Below the pieces are notes generated by a model. The model was given only the letters and a program-made list of their open reading frames with translations. It was not told where the DNA came from and did not search any database. A DNA stretch of 64,000 nucleotides from Candidatus Thalassarchaeum betae (GTDB taxonomy: Archaea > Thermoplasmatota > Poseidoniia > Poseidoniales > Thalassarchaeaceae), in NCBI GenBank assembly GCA_003193925.1, contig PSPG01000004.1, positions 1-64,000 on the forward strand, read 5' to 3'. Shown here piece by piece: positions 27,177-36,547 of this stretch; position 1 is the stretch's first letter, and every line of letters begins with the position of its first letter. The position numbers and the translations under genes are program-made.

Positions 27177-27887
27177 ATGCAGCCCAGCGGACGCGGATAC
27201 GACAGTGGCGTCTCCACCTTCTCGCCGGATGGCAGACTGTACCAGGTGGAATATGCCCGGGAATCGGTTAAGAGAGGCACAACCACGGTCGGTCTGAAAT
27301 ATCGAGACGGAGTGGTTCTCATTGTTGACAAGAGGATATCGAGCAAACTCGTTATCGCTGATTCGATCGAGAAGATGTACCAGATTGACGACCATATCGG
27401 AATCACCACTTCCGGACTTGTTGCCGACGCCCGCCAGTTGGTTGAGAGGGCCCGAATCCAGTGTCAGGTCAATCGGATGACCTACGGCGACTCGATCGCA
27501 GTCACTGCACTCGTCAAGAAGATGTGCGATCACAAACAGTCATTCACGCAGTATGGCGGGGTACGCCCCTTCGGCACCGCACTGTTGATTGCTGGCATCG
27601 ACAACGATGGCATTCATCTCTACGAAACCGATCCCTCTGGAGCCTACCAGTCGTACCAAGCAGGAGCCATCGGTAGGGGTCGGTCCTCGGTGATAGACCA
27701 CTTTGAGAGCAAATGGAAGAACAACATGACTCAGAACGCCGCCATCAAACTGGGTCTGGAGGCTCTCAGTGAGTCTTTGGAGGATGATATCAACTCTGAC
27801 ACCGTCGAGATCGCGGTTGTCAACGCCGACGGCTACCAGAAACTGGACCATGAGACCGCCTTGAAGCACCTCGCGAAGCTCTCTTGA
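27177..27887 (+). CDS. psmA: Proteasome alpha subunit
   Basis: YD..VSTFSPDGRLYQVEYA, RPFG, ETDPSG; start set at ATG 27177 with ttgataag at 27141. Confidence 0.97.
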   Translation: MQPSGRGYDSGVSTFSPDGRLYQVEYARESVKRGTTTVGLKYRDGVVLIVDKRISSKLVIADSIEKMYQIDDHIGITTSGLVADARQLVERARIQCQVNRMTYGDSIAVTALVKKMCDHKQSFTQYGGVRPFGTALLIAGIDNDGIHLYETDPSGAYQSYQAGAIGRGRSSVIDHFESKWKNNMTQNAAIKLGLEALSESLEDDINSDTVEIAVVNADGYQKLDHETALKHLAKLS

Positions 27888-27925
27888 GGCCCATGCCTCT
27901 AAGGTCGCATCCCCCTAGCAATGGC

Positions 27926-28615
27926 ATGGTCAGTCTCGATGATGCTGTACTCGCTCGCCTCGAGAGGGGTGGCTCGAGATACGAGATTTTCGTCGACCCC
28001 GAACTCGTGGACAACTGGAAGGAAGACCACTCTTCCGTCGAGCTCAACGACCTGTTGGCTGTCGATCAGGTCTGGTCCGATGCCCGAACTGGAGACAGAC
28101 CCACCTCGGAAGCACTCGAGAGGGTTTTCGGGAGCACCGATCTTGGAACCTGCGTCGAGCGTATTCTCAATGAGGGCAGCATACAACTTACCACATCCCA
28201 GAGGCGACAGATGGTCGATGAGATGAAGAAGAAGATCGTAAATGAAATCGCCACTACGGCGACGGATCCGAGGACAAAGCTCCCACACCCCCGTGTCAGG
28301 ATAGAGAATGCCCTCGACGAGGTTCGTTTCAATGCAGATCCGTTCCTATCCGTTGAGAAACAAGTGCAGGACGCCGTCGATCTCCTGAAGCCGATCATCC
28401 CACTGCAGTTCATCACCATCAAATTGGCTTTCAAGGTCCCCGGTAAGGATTACGGTGGGGTCAGCCAACTACTGCGTGACTCCATGCAGAAGGAGCAGTG
28501 GCTGAGTGATGGCTCATGGGCGTGCATCGTAGAGGTCCCAGGGGGTATGAAGAACGAGATAATCAGTCGTGTCGCCAAGCGATCCTCTGAGATAGAAGTC
28601 AGGGAACTTGACTGA
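27926..28615 (+). CDS. Ribosome assembly factor SBDS/Sdo1
   Basis: MVSLDDAVLARL, VFGSTD, GSIQLT..QRR, DPRTKLPHP..RIE.A. Confidence 0.93.
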   Translation: MVSLDDAVLARLERGGSRYEIFVDPELVDNWKEDHSSVELNDLLAVDQVWSDARTGDRPTSEALERVFGSTDLGTCVERILNEGSIQLTTSQRRQMVDEMKKKIVNEIATTATDPRTKLPHPRVRIENALDEVRFNADPFLSVEKQVQDAVDLLKPIIPLQFITIKLAFKVPGKDYGGVSQLLRDSMQKEQWLSDGSWACIVEVPGGMKNEIISRVAKRSSEIEVRELD

Positions 28616-28677
28616 CCAGGCACCGGTGGTGCCCGCATCAACGGTTATGAAGGGCGGGCGGGTCGCGCGGCCCGAAC

Positions 28678-29349
28678 ATGAGTGATAACAACGACGCGGG
28701 CGGACCGCGAAGTCAAGGACGAGCATCCCGTCTCGTCGCTCCAGGGGAAGACCTTGGAGAGTCAGAGGGCCACGCAGCCGGCCATGGTGTCCTAGTGATG
28801 GACGGGCGGCTTCGTGCGACCAAGCAAGGAAGAGTGATGACGAACGGAAACACAGTGTCGATAGAACCACTGCGAACTGCCTATACCCCCCGGCCAAGCG
28901 ATCTAGTGATTGGCTTCGTCGAGGGGTGTACCAACAACATCTGGTTCGTAGACATCGGTGCACCGTTCAATGCGATTCTCCCCATGAGCCTAGGTCCGGG
29001 GAAGGCGGCCTTCGGAGGCACTCGCAGCTTGATGGACATCGGCGAGGCCGTGATATGCAGGGTTCAGGAGGTCGAAGAGACTCATTCCAGCGTACTCACG
29101 ATGAAGGGCATGGGCCTGCGCAAGATTCGTTCCGGAAGCATAGAGGAGATTGACCCGCATCTCCTCGGTCGACTCAAAGGCAAAGCGGGCAGATCCCTCA
29201 GGCAGCTCAAGGAGGACACTGACTGCAGGATAATCGTGGCGGACAATGGTAGACTCTGGATTGATGGTGAGATTGACGGTATAGTCGATGTCCGGAATAG
29301 GCTGCAGACGATGTCTGACAAAGCCAAATCAATCGGGGGTGTTGCTTGA
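28678..29349 (+). CDS. rrp4: Exosome RNA-binding cap subunit Rrp4
   Basis: LVAPGE, YTPRPSDLVIG (S1), KH domain with DNGRLWIDG; superoperon position. Confidence 0.9.
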   Translation: MSDNNDAGGPRSQGRASRLVAPGEDLGESEGHAAGHGVLVMDGRLRATKQGRVMTNGNTVSIEPLRTAYTPRPSDLVIGFVEGCTNNIWFVDIGAPFNAILPMSLGPGKAAFGGTRSLMDIGEAVICRVQEVEETHSSVLTMKGMGLRKIRSGSIEEIDPHLLGRLKGKAGRSLRQLKEDTDCRIIVADNGRLWIDGEIDGIVDVRNRLQTMSDKAKSIGGVA

Positions 29350-30065
29350 TGGGGGGCTATGGCGACGTCCAATTGATTGATGAGAACGGCCTGCGTATGG
29401 ATGGCCGCAAACCCGCTGACCTGCGTCCTATCTCCATAGAGGTCGGCGTGGTCCCGGTAGCAGCAGGCTCTGCATGCGTTCGGTGGGGTACGAATCACGT
29501 TATTGCCGCGGTGTACGGTCCGATGGAGGCACACCCCCGGAAGATCTCGCGCCAAGACCGCGCAGTCCTCGACGTGCGCTACAACATGGCTCCCTTCTCG
29601 ACAACTGACCGAATCCGGCCCGGCTTCAACCGACGCAGCAGGGAGATCAGCAAAGTCACTTCAGATGCGCTTGAGAGCGTAGTTCTGCTGGAGTTGTACC
29701 CGCGTTCGAAGATTCGAGTCGAGATAGAGATCCTATGTGCCGAGGCCGGTACCCGCTGTGTAGGACTGACGGCCGCATCGGTCGCTCTGGCCCACGCGGG
29801 TATCCCAATGACGGACATGGTCGTCTCGGTCGCCTCTGGTAAAATCAACGACGTCGTCGTCTGCGACTTGAACAAGGAGGAGGACAACTACGGTGAAGCC
29901 GACCTGCCGATGGGGATACTGCCCAATTCAGGCGAACTGGTGTTCCTGCAGATGGACGGTGATCTCTCTCCCGACGAGTTCCAGCAGGCTTGGGACTACA
30001 ACATGGAAGCTGGTTTGGCGGTACACAAAATCATGGTTCAGGCTCTTAAGGGAGGCGACTCCTGA
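29349..30065 (+). CDS. rrp41: Exosome catalytic subunit Rrp41
   Basis: R.DGRKP..LRP, RYNMAPFST..R, RRSREISK, EAGTR, DLNKEED. Confidence 0.96.
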   Translation: MGGYGDVQLIDENGLRMDGRKPADLRPISIEVGVVPVAAGSACVRWGTNHVIAAVYGPMEAHPRKISRQDRAVLDVRYNMAPFSTTDRIRPGFNRRSREISKVTSDALESVVLLELYPRSKIRVEIEILCAEAGTRCVGLTAASVALAHAGIPMTDMVVSVASGKINDVVVCDLNKEEDNYGEADLPMGILPNSGELVFLQMDGDLSPDEFQQAWDYNMEAGLAVHKIMVQALKGGDS

Positions 30066-30859
30066 TGGCTATTCCGCTCGTGCCAAAGCTCCTTCGTGCC
30101 CATCTGGCCGAACTTGCTGAGAACGATGAGAGGCATAACGGCCGTGGCCGATGGGAGGCTCGGGACACCGAGCTTGAAATCGGGGTACTGCCTCGTGCTG
30201 AAGGCTCAGCCAGAGTGAGGATGGGCGATACCATCGTCTACGCGGGTGTCAAGCTTCAGATCATGGTCCCCTATCCCGATCGCCCTAACCAAGGGGGTCT
30301 GATGTGCAGTGCAGAGGTAAGACCCGTCGCCGGGCCCAACTGGGAACCGGGTCCTCCCAGCCCCGAGTCTATCGAACTGGGGCGGGTCGTGGACAGGGGC
30401 ATCCGCGAGTCCGGGTGCATCGACGTCGATAATCTGTGCCTAATCCCGGGCGAGAAGGCATGGCAGGTCATTCTCGATCTGTTCGCGATCTCTGATGACG
30501 GTAACCTGTTCGATGCGTTCGCACTGGCTGGCATTGCTGCAATGAGGACCGCGATGATACCTGAAGAGCGTTTCGAGATCAGTGGCGAAGACAGGCCTTT
30601 GAACATCTCCAAAACACCGATCATGTGCTCATATCACAAGGTCGGTGGCAGGTTCGTCTATGATGCCGATGGTAGAGAGGAGCTCGGAGGCGATGAACGC
30701 ATCCACATCACGCTTGGTGACGATGGGCACGTACATTCCTTGCAGAAGGGTCTAAGGGGCATCTTCACGGCAGGTGAATTCACTGAAATCATGGAGCACG
30801 CGCAATCAAGATGCAATGAGCTCCGTGAAATGGTGAGCAAAGTCGAGGAGGCTGGCTGA
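30065..30859 (+). CDS. rrp42: Exosome subunit Rrp42
   Basis: AEGSARV.MG.T, PYPDRPNQG, GPP....IEL.RVVDRGIRES, DGNLFDA. Confidence 0.95.
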   Translation: MAIPLVPKLLRAHLAELAENDERHNGRGRWEARDTELEIGVLPRAEGSARVRMGDTIVYAGVKLQIMVPYPDRPNQGGLMCSAEVRPVAGPNWEPGPPSPESIELGRVVDRGIRESGCIDVDNLCLIPGEKAWQVILDLFAISDDGNLFDAFALAGIAAMRTAMIPEERFEISGEDRPLNISKTPIMCSYHKVGGRFVYDADGREELGGDERIHITLGDDGHVHSLQKGLRGIFTAGEFTEIMEHAQSRCNELREMVSKVEEAG

Positions 30860-30860
30860 T

Positions 30861-31226
30861 ATGGCAAAGAGGACCCAGAAGGCAGGTGCGACGGCGCGTT
30901 TCGGCTCCCGTTATGGTGTGAGTGTTCGACGCAGGGCCGGCATTATACTCAAGAAGAAGTCCCGCCACTATACCTGCCCTTCCTGCCAGTACCAGAAAGT
31001 TCGTCGCAAGGCGGCTGGAATCTGGGGGTGTAGGAAGTGCGGCCACACATTCACTGGAGGAGTCTGGGAGCCCTTTACTCGGGCCACCGATGCCAACAAT
31101 CGGATTATCCGGCGTTCCCTGGAGGGCGCTACCGCTACTGACATGACGGTTATCGCTCAGCAGGCGGCATTGAACTACGAGCGAAAACTCGCTGAGGCTG
31201 AATTGGATGACTCCGAGGAAGAGTGA
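30861..31226 (+). CDS. rpl37ae: 50S ribosomal protein L37Ae (eL43) with C-terminal extension
   Basis: RFGSRYG, CPSC, GIWGCRKCG..FTGG. Confidence 0.93.
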   Translation: MAKRTQKAGATARFGSRYGVSVRRRAGIILKKKSRHYTCPSCQYQKVRRKAAGIWGCRKCGHTFTGGVWEPFTRATDANNRIIRRSLEGATATDMTVIAQQAALNYERKLAEAELDDSEEE

Positions 31227-31440
31227 GTCAACTAGACTCGTGCTCAGACTGACGCACGACGATGCGGATGCTCTCTCAGCCTCGTTGGTCACCGAAGCCG
31301 AATTCACGCATGTCGGCGACTCAATAGAAGTGGTGGAATTCGCAGATAGCATTGTAAATCTAAGAGCAAGATGGAACACCTTGATGCGTGGGTTAATTGC
31401 ATCAGAGCAGGTCCTCATGTCCGGAAACACGGAGCGATAG
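31207..31440 (+). CDS. pcc1: Probable KEOPS subunit Pcc1
   Basis: About 75 aa; ADSIVNLRARWNTLMR resembles the Pcc1 a.d...LRA..Ns..R signature; canonical position between rpl37ae and pfdB. Start uncertain. Confidence 0.65.
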   Translation: MTPRKSESTRLVLRLTHDDADALSASLVTEAEFTHVGDSIEVVEFADSIVNLRARWNTLMRGLIASEQVLMSGNTER

Positions 31441-31441
31441 G

Positions 31442-31765
31442 ATGTCGGACGATCCCATCACCCCCCAAGAGCTGCAAGCCACCACTCAGGAGCTCCAGCT
31501 GACCCGCTCCCAAGTACAGGCAGTCGCTAGCCAAGTCAACGAGATCTCACTGACATTGGATGCCCTGTCAACCCAGGACGAGTCCCGTCCCGTCTTCAGG
31601 GCGGTTGGCAACCTTCTTCTGGAAGTCGGCGACCGAGTAACTCTAGCCAAGGACTTAGAGGAGTCCAAGGTCGTATTTGAATCTCATCTCGAGAGGCTGG
31701 TGAAGAGAGAGAGTGCGCTGACCACCCAGTATGAGGAGATGGTCAAGTCCTTCGAGGGCCAGTGA
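31442..31765 (+). CDS. pfdB: Prefoldin beta subunit
   Basis: Coiled coil - VFRAVGNLLLE hairpin - coiled coil; superoperon position. Confidence 0.9.
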   Translation: MSDDPITPQELQATTQELQLTRSQVQAVASQVNEISLTLDALSTQDESRPVFRAVGNLLLEVGDRVTLAKDLEESKVVFESHLERLVKRESALTTQYEEMVKSFEGQ

Positions 31766-31774
31766 GGTCAGCAG

Positions 31775-32611
31775 ATGAGCGACGACTCCTCCGATGTCGA
31801 ATTAACTCTCCTCGAGTGCGATATGGCGATCCTTCAGCAGATGCTCTTCGATGGAAACACTTCCGCGGCTATAGAGTTCTCCGAGGGGCTATTGGAGCGT
31901 TCGAGATCCAAGGAAGAGAGGGATGCCAAATCAGAAGTTAGGATAAGGATGGAGAGGGCCCTCATCGGGGCTGTTGACTTGTCCCTGGTGGGTGCTGAGT
32001 TACGTTGGTGCACTGACCGGCTCAAAGCCTTGCGTCAAGGCTCTTTCTTACATGGGATAGCCCTGCTTAACCTCGCTGCATGGCACCGCAATCTAGGCGA
32101 GACGATGATGGCGCTGGCGACCCATGCTGAGATTTCGCCTTCCAGTGGCCATCCGACTGAGATTCGTGGTCTATCCAGACTGGAAGCAGGCAGGATCATG
32201 ATCGGGTTGAATGACCTAGACCCTGCCATGCGGCACCTTTGGACGGCTAGGGAGTGTCTTTCTCAGTGCGGTCTCACGACAGAGGCCCTAGCATCTTCGC
32301 TGGAATGGCTGGATCTTGCTTTGGAGGAGATAGTGGAGGAATCTCCACGAATGAGTGAGAGGCTCGCTCAAGCTGCTCCCCGAGAGGGGGCCGGCTCGAC
32401 TTGGGTACCCGCAAATCCCGAAGACGTCAGAGAGGTCGTCGAGGCGTTGATTCCTGTGCTATTGGCCGATGTCTCAGGTAATGAACGCAGTGATATCGGA
32501 CTTATTCTAGATGCTTCCGATGTCCTGGGCGAGGATTCGTGGCATCAACTGGTCTCGGAAAGGATATCTGAGATTCAGGATCCGAAGGTCTGCGAAGCTC
32601 TCCAATCGTGA
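31775..32611 (+). CDS. Hypothetical alpha-helical (TPR-like) protein
   Basis: 278-aa ORF with gaggtca upstream; TPR-like LEAGRIM....DLD.AMRHL..A segment. Confidence 0.65.
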   Translation: MSDDSSDVELTLLECDMAILQQMLFDGNTSAAIEFSEGLLERSRSKEERDAKSEVRIRMERALIGAVDLSLVGAELRWCTDRLKALRQGSFLHGIALLNLAAWHRNLGETMMALATHAEISPSSGHPTEIRGLSRLEAGRIMIGLNDLDPAMRHLWTARECLSQCGLTTEALASSLEWLDLALEEIVEESPRMSERLAQAAPREGAGSTWVPANPEDVREVVEALIPVLLADVSGNERSDIGLILDASDVLGEDSWHQLVSERISEIQDPKVCEALQS

Positions 32612-32973
32612 TTGAGTATCCTTTGAATCTCATCACTGCCCCAGCCAGTTTCTCTCGGAATCTCGATGCACCAACCGACCTCATCGATTTGTCTGTCAAA
32701 GGATGGCCATGAAATCTGGCTCGGAGCCTCTTCTACCTCTACCCAGACGACATGACCACCCTCTACCAGAGTCGAATCGAGTGCCTTCGCTGTCCCGAGC
32801 AGACCTGTCTCCTCGTACAACTCCCTCAAGGCAGCCTCGTCAAGCATCTCTCCTTCCATGACTTTTCCACCCGGGAGTTCCCATCCTCTATCACTGTTCA
32901 GGACCATAATCCAGCTGAGCTCGTCGCTTTGGGTTGCTGAGGTAGTCCAAACCAGCACGTATTCATTAGGCAT
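32575..32973 (-). CDS. NUDIX hydrolase
   Basis: Nudix box GGKVMEGEMLDEAALRELYEETG; ATG overlaps the upstream stop. Confidence 0.88.
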   Translation of the reverse strand: MPNEYVLVWTTSATQSDELSWIMVLNSDRGWELPGGKVMEGEMLDEAALRELYEETGLLGTAKALDSTLVEGGHVVWVEVEEAPSQISWPSFDRQIDEVGWCIEIPRETGWGSDEIQRILNHDWRASQTFGS

Positions 32974-33955
32974 CGTTGATTTCATCCCTGATTTCATTGA
33001 CTAGTTTCAGTGCCCCTTCGATCCCTTCGGCAGCCATTCTCCTAGCTAGAAAAAACGCCTCTGAAGCACGACCGCATGAGCGGAGACGGGAAACCTCCTC
33101 AAAGACGTCCGATGCTGCAGCGTCGACTTTTATATCGACTTCTGCCACTTCCTCGAATGAGGGCGCGGCAAGTTGCTGCATCCTCTCTAGGAATTGGACT
33201 CTCTGGGTAACTTCGGGAGCCTTCCAAGGGCCGGGCGAGCGACCATCCATCTTAGCCTCCATCCTTTTTCTGAACTGATCCCTAACGGGAATTTCAGGCA
33301 AGTTGATCTGAGCTTGGTCGTAGCACAGCCAAGCCTGGTCATGCTCTCCGCGCCTCTCGTGCATTCTACCGAGTTCAGCCCAAGACTCATGATTGGAGGG
33401 ACTCTGAGCCAACAGCACTCTAGCGAGCCCGAGATACTCATCTTCCCTGCCTGAGTCCCTCAGCCTTTCCAAGCGACGTGAGAACAAGGTGTTAGCCCTG
33501 TAGTCACTCAAATCGAGCATCTTGATTCTCTCCATGAAGGTGATGAGAGAATCTTCATTGGCCGATATAACGCCCCACCACTGGTCAGGATCCAGTGGAT
33601 CGGCGGCTAAAGCAGCCTCTAAAATTCCACTACCGGACTCCGACATGTCGATGTCATTCAACTGAGAAAGTTGTTCCGGGTCGCGCCCCAATATGATGAA
33701 TAATTCGTTCAGCACCGCTCGGATCCCTGTATCATCACCGATCTCCAACTTGACCCTCACTAGGACTCTCCAGTTATTCGGGTTGGTGAAGTCATGCAGC
33801 ACAGCTTGCCTCGCACTCTGCTCGGCCCACTTCAGATTATGTGAGTCAGCGGCGGAGAGTTTGAGAAATTTCTCAGCTTGGCTTCTATGACGATTTCCGA
33901 GACTACGCCTAGGGTGTTGAAGTTTTGCGGCGATGTCTTTGAAAGACTCGGCCAT
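32966..33955 (-). CDS. TPR-containing hypothetical protein
   Basis: PSNHESWAELGRMHERRGEHDQAWLCYDQA is a TPR-type motif. Confidence 0.72.
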   Translation of the reverse strand: MAESFKDIAAKLQHPRRSLGNRHRSQAEKFLKLSAADSHNLKWAEQSARQAVLHDFTNPNNWRVLVRVKLEIGDDTGIRAVLNELFIILGRDPEQLSQLNDIDMSESGSGILEAALAADPLDPDQWWGVISANEDSLITFMERIKMLDLSDYRANTLFSRRLERLRDSGREDEYLGLARVLLAQSPSNHESWAELGRMHERRGEHDQAWLCYDQAQINLPEIPVRDQFRKRMEAKMDGRSPGPWKAPEVTQRVQFLERMQQLAAPSFEEVAEVDIKVDAAASDVFEEVSRLRSCGRASEAFFLARRMAAEGIEGALKLVNEIRDEINDA

Positions 33956-33963
33956 AGGAACCC

Positions 33964-35235
33964 TCACAGAACCGACTCATAAGGACCCCTGACGACTCCT
34001 AATGACAGAGTCGCGTCCATCCCGATCTTGCTGGTGGTGCCGTCTTCACTCCTGCTGGGGTCGAGACTCGAGCCCTTCTGACCCGAGAGGATGACAGTGT
34101 CGGTATCCGGCTGCCATCTGGTCATTAGTGCCCATTCGACCCTCGTGGGATCGGTTATGTCAATATCGTCATCTACAACGATCACCTGCTTCATTGAACG
34201 ATGACCGTTAAATGCTGCATGGATGGCACGGATCCCATCTCCATCATTCTGGGGTTTAATCTGCACTACTGACGATAGCCATCCGCAACCCCCCTCGGTC
34301 AGATACACGTCGGTGCACGGGACAACTTCGGAGACGGCTGCCTTGATGGTGGGCGCCCGAGGCGTGCCCATGAGCGTCCGATGCTCCACTCCCGCTGAGA
34401 TGAGCGCATGGAACACTGGGTCGTTGCGGTGGAAAATCGAATCGTATTCGATGACGGGCTCGTTTCTCACTTCATCTACTGTGCCTGTAATGTCCACATA
34501 TGGCCCTTCCTCATCGACATCCAAGGTAATTCGCGCCTCCATGGCATACTCGGCATCGGCAGGTACGGCTACTCCATTGGTCAGCCGCACTAATCGCAGA
34601 GGCTCCCCGTGAAGTCTCTCATGCAGTGCGGCTGCAACTGAGAGCTCGTCGAGGTTCTCGTCGAATGACATGGCAGCAGCCAGTAGGACAGTCGCATCCG
34701 CACCGTTGACCACAGCGATGTTGATTTCATCACCATTGGCCTTAGCAGTCTCGTACATCATACGAAGGTGGCGGGGTACGAAACGCGCGACAGTGTGGTT
34801 CGCATCACGGAGTAATTGTCGATGATAAGACATGTTCCTGATGCCGTCATACTCGGCGATGATCACAGAAGCTGACTGGTATCTCCCTCGGTCTTCTGCG
34901 TAATGCCAGGGGATCGGTAAGGCATGCAGGTTGACTGGTTTCTGTTGATTCTCGAGTACTTCGGCTTCGGAAGCATGGACCATGAGGGGTTCGGTAGGAT
35001 TAGCCATGCCCCACGCGAGAATGTCGATCAACTCACCCGGAGATACATCGAAGACTTCACAGAGCCTGTCTCTAATGAGGACATTCAGCGCGGCGCTGTG
35101 CCCCGGAGCCTCAGCGATATCATCGAAGACCACGGGATTCCCACCAAGGGTGTTCGTCCTGTCGCGCATTTCCAGTATGAGGCTGACTGGCTTGTTGTCT
35201 CGGGGTACTCCCGACAGCAAATCACGAAATCCCAT
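33964..35235 (-). CDS. UbiD-family prFMN decarboxylase, most similar to archaeal anhydromevalonate-phosphate decarboxylase
   Basis: EGPYVDITGT.D, LTEGGCGWL, VIVVDDDIDI.DP..VEWA..TR, GSSLDPS. Confidence 0.8.
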   Translation of the reverse strand: MGFRDLLSGVPRDNKPVSLILEMRDRTNTLGGNPVVFDDIAEAPGHSAALNVLIRDRLCEVFDVSPGELIDILAWGMANPTEPLMVHASEAEVLENQQKPVNLHALPIPWHYAEDRGRYQSASVIIAEYDGIRNMSYHRQLLRDANHTVARFVPRHLRMMYETAKANGDEINIAVVNGADATVLLAAAMSFDENLDELSVAAALHERLHGEPLRLVRLTNGVAVPADAEYAMEARITLDVDEEGPYVDITGTVDEVRNEPVIEYDSIFHRNDPVFHALISAGVEHRTLMGTPRAPTIKAAVSEVVPCTDVYLTEGGCGWLSSVVQIKPQNDGDGIRAIHAAFNGHRSMKQVIVVDDDIDITDPTRVEWALMTRWQPDTDTVILSGQKGSSLDPSRSEDGTTSKIGMDATLSLGVVRGPYESVL

Positions 35236-35369
35236 GATGTCTCCTCGTGGCCTAATCTGTTTCAATGTTAGCAACACCGGAGCACCCTAGGCCATTACTC
35301 ACCTACGGTGAGCCCGTCACGCTCTTATACCATAGGTTGGTCGGCGGGGCATCATTCTGTGGTGAACGC

Positions 35370-35810
35370 TTGGGTCGTGGATTATTCTCTGGACCTAAGA
35401 TGAAGAAAGACCGTAAGAAGTACCGATGGAAGGAGCGCAAGTTTCGGGATAGAGAATTCAAGCGTCGCCATGGTGGCGTTCTCAAGCACGACCCGTTGCG
35501 CGGCAGCACCCAGGCCAAGGGAATCGTCATCGAGAAGGTCGGCTTCGAGGCGAAGCAACCAAACTCAGGGATCCGCAAAGCCGTGAAAATTAGTCTGATA
35601 CGCACCGGCAATAAACTCACGGCCTTCGCTCCCGGAGACGGTGCAATTTCATTCATCGACGAGCACGATGAGGTCCTCGTTGAGGGAATCGGTGGCAGCA
35701 TGGGCCGTTCTTATGGCGATCTCCCCGGAGTTCGCTTCAAGGTAATCAAGGTCAATGGGGTCTCCCTTGACGAGATGGTGCGTGGCCGGAAGGAGAAACC
35801 AATTCGATGA
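35370..35810 (+). CDS. rps12: 30S ribosomal protein S12 (uS12)
   Basis: [30 protein letters not shown]; TTG start at 35370 with SD GGTGA at 35361. Confidence 0.97.
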   Translation: MGRGLFSGPKMKKDRKKYRWKERKFRDREFKRRHGGVLKHDPLRGSTQAKGIVIEKVGFEAKQPNSGIRKAVKISLIRTGNKLTAFAPGDGAISFIDEHDEVLVEGIGGSMGRSYGDLPGVRFKVIKVNGVSLDEMVRGRKEKPIR

Positions 35811-35819
35811 GGGTCTGTG

Positions 35820-36437
35820 ATGTCTGAGGAAGCGCAGGTCGAACAGGAGTCCTCCGAGGCCCCAATAGCGGGCATAGGGACCATGGTCTTCGGCAAGTGG
35901 GATGCGTCCGAAGTCACATGCGAAGATCCCGGCTTAGCCCCTTACATCAATCTCACAACAATTGGCACCCCCCATACTGGCGGCAGACACGCCAACCAAT
36001 GGTTCGGAAAGGCAAAGCTCTCAGTGATCGAGAGATTCATCAACAACCTCATGCGGACCGGCAAGTTTTCTGGTAAGAAGCAGCATTGTACCAAGGCTTG
36101 CGAAAGTGCATTCGACACCATTGCAACCCGTTTCGGAGAGAACCCTCTGCAGAAGTTCATCGATGCTATCGTTGAGGCTGCTCCCTGCGAGGAGACCACT
36201 AGGATCAAACTCGGTGCAGTGAGCCAGCCAAAGGCCGTGGACTCATCGCCCAGCCGCCGTCTTGACGTCGCACTCCGCAATATCGCAATCGGTTCCACCT
36301 CCTCCACGGCCAAGAGTCGCCGAACCCTCTCTGACGGAATAGTCATTGAATTGTCGAAGGCCTCTGAGGGTGACGTGAATTCATACTCAGTCGGGAAGAG
36401 GGAAGAGATTGAGAGGATTGCCGCGTCTGCTCGATGA
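35820..36437 (+). CDS. rps7: 30S ribosomal protein S7 (uS7)
   Basis: PHTGGRH, IERFINNLM, ENPLQ, AVDSSPSRR, EEIERIAASAR. Confidence 0.97.
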   Translation: MSEEAQVEQESSEAPIAGIGTMVFGKWDASEVTCEDPGLAPYINLTTIGTPHTGGRHANQWFGKAKLSVIERFINNLMRTGKFSGKKQHCTKACESAFDTIATRFGENPLQKFIDAIVEAAPCEETTRIKLGAVSQPKAVDSSPSRRLDVALRNIAIGSTSSTAKSRRTLSDGIVIELSKASEGDVNSYSVGKREEIERIAASAR

Positions 36438-36502
36438 TAGGTTCTTCGATAATCTTCGAAATCAGACTACTGAGGATTGAATGACTGAGACTCTCAATCG
36501 GC

Positions 36503-36510
36503 TTTATGAA
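36503..36510 (+). promoter_or_regulatory. Putative TATA box for EF-2
   Basis: tttatgaa in the 110-nt rps7-EF2 spacer; gaggt SD before ATG 36548. Confidence 0.4.
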
Positions 36511-36547
36511 CCGTTGTTAGGTCACCGCATTATCCAGAGGTCTCGTC

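Noticed and set aside
27177-31765. Proteasome-SBDS-exosome-L37Ae-Pcc1-prefoldin cluster as a novel system
   Set aside because: This is the well-described conserved archaeal exosome superoperon.
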